This document shows positions 1 through 8,946 of a stretch of DNA of 64,000 bases, piece by piece (the first letter of the stretch is position 1; each line of letters begins with the position of its first letter). A program made the position numbers and the translations under genes. The notes beneath the pieces are model-generated. The model did not search any database. It was not told the DNA's origin and was given only the letters and a program-made list of their open reading frames with translations. This DNA is from Podarcis tiliguerta (taxonomy: Eukaryota), in the NCBI GenBank assembly GCA_965153285.1, contig OZ229126.1. One strand, written 5' to 3'.

Positions 1-740
1 CAATAAATAATCGACACCAATCGAGGTCTGGGTTGGGCAAAGCATAAATCCGGGAATGCGTGGAGGGCGCTCCAGCCCTTGCAATGCAATGCCCGGTCCC
101 ATTTTGGAGCGAAATCCCGGCTTCTTTCTCGGATTTCTCTGCGTGTCTCTCTCGTTCTTTGGGGTTGGAAAAAAATGGCTTCTGCAGCGCTGAGAAATCC
201 TCTCTTCCTTCCTGATCTGCGTCAGCCTCCTCCTCCCTTCCCTCCCTCTCTCCGCCTGCCCAGCTGCATCATTTGAGCAGCTGACGGAGGGGCGGCCAGT
301 GACGAAGGTCGCCTTTGCGCACCGGAGTAGTTTCGTTTTGACGCGCAAGGCGCTGCCCGAGGATGATGTGCGGAGGGACCAGCGAGGCCAAGGCGGCCAC
401 GGCCGAGACGCAGCAAATCGCCCAGGAAGTAAGGAAGGAAGGGGCCCTCCTGGCACTTTGACCAGCTGGAGAAACCTCTGGAGGTGGACGGGGGGCGGGC
501 TGGCTGGGTGGATGGGGAGGTGGGGAAGAGAAAAGCGCAGCCGGGAGAGAGTTTCCCCCTTCCTTCTCCTCCTCCTCCTCCTCCAGTGGCGCTTGCTCCT
601 CGGCTTCCCAACATCTGGCGTGAAAGGCGAGGCGCTCCCTTCTCCGCTTCCTCCCTGGACCCCGGGGCTCATGAGGACTAGCCGCCCCCTTCGCCCACAA
701 AAGTTCTGTCCTCGTCGCCATGTTAGTCCAGGTGCCCGAG
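1..740 (+). promoter_or_regulatory. CpG island / promoter of cystatin-B-like gene
   Basis: GC- and CpG-rich stretch around exon 1; GC box GGGGCGG near 288-295; no TATA box seen. Confidence 0.75.
363..428 (+). CDS. CSTB: Cystatin-B-like coding exon 1
   Basis: ATGATGTGCGGA...CAGGAA|gtaagg; [22 protein letters not shown]. Confidence 0.93.
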
Positions 741-3700
741 AGAGGTCAACATGGAAATGCTGACGGGTGCAGAACAACATATTTCTTGTTTCCATACCTC
801 TTTCATTCATGCTCATGTCGCTCCAAGGTGTATTCTAATGCTAGGCGCATTTTGGGCAATTTCCCCAAAACGAAAAGTTGTGCCTGGTGAAGGAAGTTTT
901 TGTGCACTTGGGCAACTGGGGTTGGATAGATTTTAGAAAAGAGATGGATGAGAAATGAAAGGAAGCACTTCAGAGCGGTGCATTGGTTTAAAAGTACCTA
1001 AACCAACCCCCCCCCCCGTATTTTTGGGGACTATTTCTTTAACTTATGGAGTCTTCCTTATCCAAAGCAAAAGACAGTGTTGAGATTGGTTACTTACTCC
1101 TAGTTCCTTATTTGTCCCTCCCAGGACATATTGAAGTGGAATTAAGTGAGCAGCCTCAGCTAAGGGGAGGGCTATATGTGAACCTGCATCCCAAAATAAG
1201 TTTGGGCTCCCCCAAATGATAGATAAACACTTCCAGGAGAGCAGTCCCCACAATATGCATAACTTAAAAAAAAATAGGTTTTTTTTATTAATATAAAAAA
1301 TACAAATAAAACATGATCAAAGTTACAAAATACAGGAGCAGCACAGAGGTTGTGTTTTCCAAATAAGCAGAGAGCAAATAATGTAGAAAAATAAAAACAG
1401 CAAAATGCATAATCAAAGCCAGATTTCATGATTTGGAGAGGCAGGGCATTGTTTTGTCTATGCAAATTTGATAAATAAGAAATGAATTCCCACCAAAAGG
1501 TGCAGAAATGCTTTGGGTCTTCCTTTCCCTTAGAAACAAGCATCCAAATAAGAAGTTCGTTTCTTAGATTGGAAACTTGCCGTTTGATCATCCCACCTTA
1601 AAAATAGCAAGGAGGGCGTTTTCCCTGAGTCAGCCTTGCACAGCATGTGACTCAGTGATTCCTTGTGGATGAAGTGTCCCAATCTCAAAGTGGACTTGCC
1701 CTAAGTTATGGAGATATGTAGCAATGGGGTGGCTCAAGGCTTATTTCAGGGGCACAGGAACACTTCTGGTTCCTTACTGGGGGCTGCTCATTCAGCTCTG
1801 CTTTGAACCAACACCACCCTCATAAACGAAAGAAAATAAGAATTTGTGTAGTTTAAACCGTTCTTTTAGATCCTGTGACACCCCCCCCCCCGTGTAATTG
1901 CTCAGGAACTTTGATGTTTCAGCACGTTCCTCTTTCACTTCCTCTATCCCTCCCTGTAGCTGCATATTTTCCTTTCTCAGCTACTTGGAACTGTCTGGGA
2001 CATTTCATCCGGAGGCCACTCATAACTATGATCCATCCACAAGTATCCACAGGGCTCCGCTTTTCTGCTAGTCTTCTGCTGGTCTAGAGCAGTTGCCCAG
2101 CCTCGTTGATGGATGAGCAGTAGAGGATGCAGACAGAATACCGTATTTTTCGCTCTGTAAGACGCACCAGACCATAAGACACACCTAGTTTTTGGAGGAG
2201 GAAAACAAGAAAAAAAAACATTCTGAATCTCAGAAGCCAGAACAAGAGAGATCGCTGCACAGCGAAAGCAGCGATCCCTCTTGCTGTTCTGGCTTCTGGG
2301 ATAGTTGCACAGCCTGCATTTGCTCCATAAGACGCACACAGATTTCCCCTTACTTTTTAGGAAGGAAAAAGTGCGTCTTACGGAGCGAAAAATATGGCAC
2401 TTAATTCATTCTAGAGGTCCTTACTTAACCTGAAACTAGAGCAAAAAATACGGTATCTGTCTCAGATATTCTGCTTCTGATGCCTAATCTCATGATTTTA
2501 GATTTTAATATAATGTGGAACCTGACTCAGGAATGTGACTGCTTCCTCTAACTCCTTCTCTTGTGTGTTCTTTGTAACTCATATAATCTCTGCACAAGGG
2601 CTGGCAGATGCAGTTGGCACCTTCTTATTTGTCTTGCTTCTGCACCTTCATCTGACATGGAAGAAAATGAGCAAGCAAAGCTCTTTGTGCCCCTTCATTC
2701 GTATCAGCAGAATACCTGCATGTCTGACCGCTCATTTCTGTCCATGACACCTTGTTTTCTAATCCCCTTTGCTGAGGTTCTTAGGCTCTCAGTTTTGCCT
2801 GCTCTGCTCTTGATTCCCATCTGCGTGCACGTCATCTTACGATCTGGAGTATATGGACTGCCTTTTTCAAAAAGTACTCTGTGTGAAGTCAGGTTGTGTC
2901 ATAGGAAAGCTCTGCCTCTCTCAAGAGAGGACGGCCTGTGCGTGAGCTCCTTTTAGGACAGTGCTGGACTAATGAGGCCTGAAATGGGTCCCAATTAGGC
3001 CCTCAAAATGCTCCCCACAAAGAATCACGTGTGCGGCAGGTGTGGACGTGGAGCTCCCGGTTGTTTCTTTGCAAGCGGGACTCCCTGTTGGTGCTGATCA
3101 GCTGAGAGATGTTGACAGGACACCCCACTGGGGTTGGCTGTGCTTGGGAACAGTGTTAGAAAGTGAGATATGAAAGCCAGGAGCTAAATGGCGCCTTAAA
3201 CCTAAGTTATGGGCGCAACAACAGAATGTCTAGCACATTTTTTAAATAACAAGAATACAAAGCTGAAAATGAATGAACTGCAGCTAAAATATGTTCCTTT
3301 TTCACATGGTCTAGTGCTGGGACGTCCAACTCTCAATAGTCTGCGATCTACTCACAGTATTAAAAAAAATGGCAGTGATGTTGAGCTTTTTTTAGGAAGC
3401 CAAAGTTGTTGTTTTTTGGGGGGAGGGGAGAACACTGAGGGGCCAAAAATCTACCAAGTACACCCTGCAATCTACCAGTAGATCATGATCTACCTGTTGG
3501 ACGTCCTCTACCCTCCCCCCTAATATTCTTAAGAGGGTCTCTTCTCCGGTCTTCAGAGAGTAGCTGGAAGTGGGGAGGCAGAAAAAGGTCCTCCTTTCCT
3601 TCCACTCTGTAATTTTAATCTGAAATCTCAGGCACTGTGCTGCACCCAGAGTTCAGAAACCGCTCGCGCTGGTGAAATTCCCCGTCGCAAAATGCGCCTT

Positions 3701-5984
3701 GGAACAATGGGAGGTTCGAAAACTGCCAGGGCAGGCTTCCTCAACCTCGGCCCTCCAGATGTTTTGAGAATACAATTCCCGTCATCCCTGACCACTGGTC
3801 CTGCTAGCTAGGGATCATGGGAGTTGTAGGCCAAAAACATCTGGAGGGCCGAGGTTTGAGGAAGCTAGGGAGTTTCCTAATGCTGGGTGGGGGGTGATGA
3901 GGTTTGCTTTATTTCAAAGAAGCTAGGATTCTATTTTCCACATTGTATTATAGGTCATCATCTAAAGCGGGGGAGAAGTTTCCATGGGGTGGGGAGACTG
4001 TCTTGACCAGTATCCCCATGGAGAGCAGAACTTTCCCAGCTCTCGGTTCTTCTTTCACCTCTACATCCGTTCTTTAAAACCTCTCTGGGCACAAATGGCA
4101 GGGATTTTTGCAGGCCTCACAATATTTTAAACAGCAAACAAATTCTAATTCCTTCCCCCCCCCACCTTTCCCCCCAAAGGTGAAAAGCCAAGTGGAAGAG
4201 AAAGAAGGCAGAAGCTTTGAAGTCTTCGAAGCAGTTGAGTTTAAGACGCAGATGGTTGCTGGAATAAACTACTTCATCAAGGTACCGTATATGCCTGCTG
4301 TTTTTGTTGTTGCAAAGCGCACATTCGCTCTTGTGGCTAGCAAGTCAAATGCAGTATACCTGCTAATAATGGACAGTTTCTCCATTATATGTCAACAAAT
4401 TAAAGCATCCAGGGTATTTTCCAGGTGATTTTTGCCTGAGTCTGAGCCTTTGGAAGCCAAGCTTAGTGCTGAGGCGGTAAATCCTGGGTAGTGGCTGAAT
4501 TACAACAGTGGTTTGCAGGAGTTCGCAGCTCAGAGGCAGGTGAGGAGAAAAGTTGGGAAATCATGGGAGAGCCCAGAACAACACCCGGCTGACCTGTTGT
4601 CATTGGAAAATATTCCACACCCTCCATCTCCCAGAACCCGGCGAGCCTTAAAAGTAGGAGAGCAAAGAGCTCAAAGACAGATGACCTGTAGCAGCACCCA
4701 TAGAAGTGATGAATGGGGAAGTGGGAGAGAGGGGGGTGGAGATTCACTTGGGACAACAACATTATCCAAGAGGCTGGGTTCTATAGCCTTTTTCTGTGAA
4801 TAATGAAATAAAAACCAGCCAGGAGCCTCTGGTAGCATCCCGAGACTGTACTACTTCAGACTGTAGGTGGGGCCCACAAGATTTCCTTTTTCTGCACACG
4901 TAAGGGTATGAAGGGGCTGGAATTCTACTCTTGCCTTCTGCCCAGCATACTGCTTTTAAATGTGGAGATAAATTATTTTGGCCGGTAGTAATAGCGTGAA
5001 AGAGTGTCCAGTCATTTGATTCCAACCCCCCACCGTCTGAACTGTTACATCTGCTACAAAAATTTATTGCTTCACTGAGAATTAGGCGCCATTTACTAAA
5101 TCTTGGTTTTCATTCTAACAATAACAGCAGCAATGCATCTGTTCTGATACTGCAGATGGCCACTTGTCAAGCAGTCATTTAGGTTGGTGCTGCTGAAGCC
5201 TCAGAGAAGTGAGGGATAGGATGATTTCCCTGAGGAACGTTAGGCAGATGACTCCTTTAGGACAGAGTAGGCTAAACAGGAGCTCCTGGCATTTGTTTGG
5301 CGTCACGGAGATGTGAAAAGCAATCCTTCCATAGGAAAGAAGCTTGATTCCTCCTCCTCCCCTTCCCAACTACAGTACAGCTATAATGAAGCGAGACGAG
5401 TGCTGATGCCTAAGCTATACAGGATGAACTTTCCCCTAAACGGCCTCGGTCCAGTATACCTGAAGGAGCGTCTCCACCTCCATCGTTTTGCCCGGACGCT
5501 GAGGTCCAGTGCTGAGGGCCTTCTGGCGGTTCCTTCATTGGGAACCAGACAGGGGGCCTTCTCAGTGGTGGCACCTGCCCTGCGGAACGCCCTCCCACCA
5601 GATGTCAAAGAGAACAACAACTACCAGACTTTTAGAAGACATCTGAAGGCAGCCCTGTTTAGAGAAGCTTTTAATGTTAAAATACAGTATTAAAATACTG
5701 TATTACAGTATTTTAATATTTTTTCGGAAGCCGCCCAGAGTGGCTGGGGAAGCCCAGCCAGATGGGCGGGGTATAAATAATAAATGATGATGATGATGAT
5801 GATGATGATGCCTTCACTTCATACAATTTACAGGCCCCTTTTTCTTCCTTTCCAGGTCCACATTGGCAATGACGAGTTCCTTCACGTGAGAGTGTATAAA
5901 AGACTCCCTCATGAAAACAAACCGCTGGAGCTCACCAGTTACCAAAGCAAGAAAGCAAAACACGATGAACTGGCTTACTTCTAA
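363..5984 (+). CDS. CSTB: Cystatin-B-like stefin, 98 aa; join(363..428,4180..4281,5856..5984)
   Basis: Spliced translation [98 protein letters not shown]. Canonical stefin 66/102/129-nt exon sizes, phase-0 GT-AG introns, MMCG N-terminus, QxVxG and LPH motifs, KAKHDEL.YF C-terminus as in cystatin B; CpG-island start. Confidence 0.93.
1262..1600 (-). mobile_element. Probable L1/Tx1-type LINE 3' fragment
   Basis: Minus-strand peptide ...[13 protein letters not shown] resembles L1-clade ORF2 C-terminus, followed by T-rich UTR, AATAAA and A-run. Confidence 0.35.
2141..2453. mobile_element. Tc2/pogo-like MITE (TIR CCGTATTTTTCGCTCTATAAGACGCAC) with duplicated right end
   Basis: TA|CCGTA...TACGG|TA; internal long palindrome; five related copies in window. 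Confidence 0.85.
3732..3867. mobile_element. hAT (Charlie-like) palindromic MITE, about 135 bp
   Basis: CAGGCTTCCTCAACCT...GGTTTGAGGAAGCT; CTACAACTCCCATCATCCC-type core; near-identical to 51435-51570. Confidence 0.75.
4180..4281 (+). CDS. CSTB: Cystatin-B-like coding exon 2
   Basis: cccaaag|GTGAAA...ATCAAG|gtaccg; contains QMVAG. Confidence 0.95.
5434..5810 (+). mobile_element. L2-clade LINE 3' end with (ATG)n tail
   Basis: Encodes [13 protein letters not shown]...[14 protein letters not shown]...[14 protein letters not shown] (L2 ORF2 C-terminus), 3' stem-loop and trinucleotide tail; several copies in window. Confidence 0.85.
5856..5984 (+). CDS. CSTB: Cystatin-B-like coding exon 3
   Basis: tttccag|GTCCAC...TTCTAA; VHIGNDEF...DELAYF*. 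Confidence 0.95.
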   Translation, partial: VHIGNDEFLHVRVYKRLPHENKPLELTSYQSKKAKHDELAYF

Positions 5985-6578
5985 GCAGTTCTGCAGAAAC
6001 CTTCCTCCCTCTGCAGTTTTTTTACTCAGTTGAAAACCGGTGTTTATTTTGCCAAATGCAAATGATTTTTCTTTCTTTTTTTTTTAAAAAAATAGCATCG
6101 TGCTTTAAAATTGTAGTAATGTAGCCATGCTTTGATCGTATTAATTTTTGTTGCGCACAAGTATTTATGTGCTACTTGTGTGTAAACCGTAAGCGCATAG
6201 ATCAAGGACTGGGACTGTGATTTTTACCTCACGCTATCACCTCCCCCCCCCACATGTGTTTAGCAACATTTTGTATGAGCAGAAAGCCTACTTCATGACA
6301 CTTGACTAATCAGGTGTCCCAGATGTGGAGACCCCCTACTTGTGAGCAGGTGCGCACATATTACTGGGATTTCTGCTCACACAACCATGACCATGTGGTT
6401 ACTAAAAAGAAAAAAGAGGAGGGGGAAGACGCTGAGTGGGGCTAAAACCAGGTCCCATTCCTCTATGCGCTTATGCCTGACGTGAGCAACGTCTGAATAG
6501 GGCTACGTAGTCATTACATACTCAAGAATTAATCTGATGTGCATTCATTTTTGTATACCACTTCTTTGGATCCTTCTC

Positions 6579-6584
6579 AATAAA
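6579..6584 (+). terminator. Polyadenylation signal of cystatin-B-like gene
   Basis: First AATAAA seen after the stop (about 600-nt 3'UTR). Confidence 0.65.
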
Positions 6585-6757
6585 TCAAGTTGCTTGCTTA
6601 AAAAAAAAAAAAAAAAGCCCGTGTTAATAGGGGAAACTTCATAAGTGTTGAAGGCCTAGTTCAACTCAGCTCTTCATTAGGTTGGATGGTAAATGGGAAG
6701 TGGGTGAAGACTGGCTGATGGTGTCTGGATCTGGCCACAGTAGTTAAGAGGGACTGT

Positions 6758-7182
6758 CATGGGCACGAGTGGTGTAGCGTGGGGGGTGCAGGGGGGCCCA
6801 GCCGCACCGGGCGCAACATCTGGGGGTTAGGGGGTGCAAATCCACGGGTTAGGGGGTGCAAATTACTTGCCTTGCCCCGGGTGCTGACAACCCACGCTAC
6901 GCCACTGATGGGCACAGCCAGGATTTTTGTTGGGGAGAAGGCAAAAAAGTTGTTGAACGTCTAGGGGAGATCACCCCCCCCCCCAAGGTTACTGAGCTTA
7001 TTTTGGGAGATCATGGGTAACCCTCCCCCCCAAAGAGGACATTACGAGGGGAGGCTTCTGACTAGGGGAAGCGGGCTTCTGCGACGGGAACAGAACCTGA
7101 GCTAGTTGAGTATTTTTAATGCTTTTCAATAATTTCTGAGGATCTAGGGGCAGCCTGGTGCCTCCCCTTGCCTACACCCATG
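6758..7182. mobile_element. Older hAT non-autonomous element interrupted by a younger hAT MITE
   Basis: Imperfect TIR CATGGGCACAGCCAGG / CTTGCCTACACCCATG; 8-bp TSD gggactgt/tggactgt. Confidence 0.6.
6767..6907. mobile_element. Young G-rich hAT MITE (TIR CAGTGGCGTAGCGTGGG)
   Basis: Perfect 8-bp TSD atgggcac (6759-6766, 6908-6915); second copy at 39675-39812. Confidence 0.88.
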
Positions 7183-7708
7183 TGGACTGTAGGAGGTGGG
7201 AGCACAGATTCGAATGAGGCTGTGCAGGTTTCAGATTGTGCCTGTGGCTGCTGACAAGGATCACAATGGTGGTTCCTTCATATCTGAGAATACCAGCTCT
7301 GTCTTCCACGCAGTACTTGAAAGAGAAGCTTCTTCCCGGCATGTATTTCCTTGAAAAACAACACCAGCCAACTGACTACCTTGTTTGGGTCAAGCAGGAA
7401 AGAGTGGGCAATCTTTTTATTTATTTATTTGGATTGTCTATCTAAGACAAATGTTATGTGGGTCCCGTGAGTGTGAGGTAAGTTGCCTTTGCAATCATAT
7501 CCTTAAATTACGGAGAGATAAATTATGAAATTGTGCCTACTGGCTATCGTTTGCCTTGTTTTCCGGGAAGCCTGTAAGTGCACAAAGTATATACCATTCA
7601 CTTTCTATCCCTGTGTCTTACTAGTGGAAAAGGAGTCCGAGGAATAAACGTTGCCATTACACAGAATACAATGCAGACTCACAACCTAAAGCTTCCCAAA
7701 CGAGATGT

Positions 7709-7714
7709 TTTATT
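7709..7714 (-). terminator. Polyadenylation signal of second stefin
   Basis: AATAAA on minus strand about 85 nt after TAA. Confidence 0.6.
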
Positions 7715-7798
7715 TGTAGCTGATTTTGACATATCAGTCTGCATCCTGTATTTGTTAAAAAACGCACACAAGATGGCAGCAGAAAGGGCTAATTCTCA

Positions 7799-7927
7799 TT
7801 AGAAGTAGTTCAGCGGATCACTTGCTGTCTTCCCAGTCTGGTAAGCGGCCAAAGAAGGGGCTTCGTTCTTGTGAGGAAGGGGCTGGAAGACACGCAAGTG
7901 CAAATGCTCACCCTGGCCAACATCGAC
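7799..7927 (-). CDS. Second stefin coding exon 3
   Basis: cccacag|GTCGAT...TTCTAA; [10 protein letters not shown] motif. Confidence 0.93.
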   Translation of the reverse strand, partial: VDVGQGEHLHLRVFQPLPHKNEAPSLAAYQTGKTASDPLNYF

Positions 7928-8901
7928 CTGTGGGGAAGAGAGAATGAGCCAGGGTTAAAATGTTCAATCTTAATTACTACCCGAGTTCACATCAACAATC
8001 CTAAAGTGTGCCCCTCAGGCTACTGTTGGACTCCCGATTCCTAGCAGCCAGTTCAAGGTTTGGGGAGATTATGAAAGTAAGAGGCCGGCAGAATCACAAA
8101 TTAGCTACTCCTATGAGAAGCTTTTAATTGAGGGAGGGAGGGAGGGAGGGATGATTGGAACCTAAGGAAAAGCAGCTTGCATAAAAAGAATTGTGTTCAA
8201 CAGGAAGTGCACGTTGCTTAGAGACCCATCGACTGGACAATCTACTGGCCAGCTTTGTACAGTGAGAGGGACAACTTTCTTAGGGTTTTACTCTAGTAAC
8301 CAAATGAAAAGGTGGAAGGACTAGGTTAAAAATAAAAGGACCCCTGGACGGTTAAGAGTGGCTGGGGAAACCCAGCCAGATGGGCAGGGTATAAATAAAA
8401 TGGATGATGATGATGGTGTCCAATCAAAGGCAGCTATGGGCTTGTGGCACTCATCTCACTTTCAGACCGAGGGACAGACAGCTTTGTGGGTCATGTGGCC
8501 AGCATGACTAAACCGCTTCTGGCACAATGGAACACAGTGGCGGAAGCCAGAGCGCACGGAAATGCCATTTACCTTCCCGCCACAGCGGTACCTATTGATC
8601 TACTTGCACTGGTGTGCTTTTGAACTGCTAGATTGGCAGGAGCTGGGACTGAGCAATGAGAGCTCACCCCGTCGCGGGGATTCAAACCGCCAACCTTCCG
8701 ATCGGCAAGCCCAAGAGCCTCAGAGGTTTAGACCACAGCGCCACCTGCGTCTTACCCAACAGGCAGCACCAGGCAGCATTTCTCTCATTTTGAAGAACGA
8801 GGCAAGCCTAATGCCAAGCCAGCCTATTTTTAAAGTGATGCAAGAGCTTCCTGTTGAAGTAGTTTTAAACGGCAAAGGTATTCAATAAATAATACTTCAA
8901 A

Positions 8902-8946
<45 letters not shown>

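Noticed and set aside
200-360. Equivalent of the human CSTB promoter dodecamer repeat
   Set aside because: No CCCCGCCCCGCG tandem present; only a short CCT/pyrimidine tract and a GC box.
5784-5984. Poly-Met ORF
   Set aside because: (ATG)n L2 tail happens to be in frame with the real exon 3.
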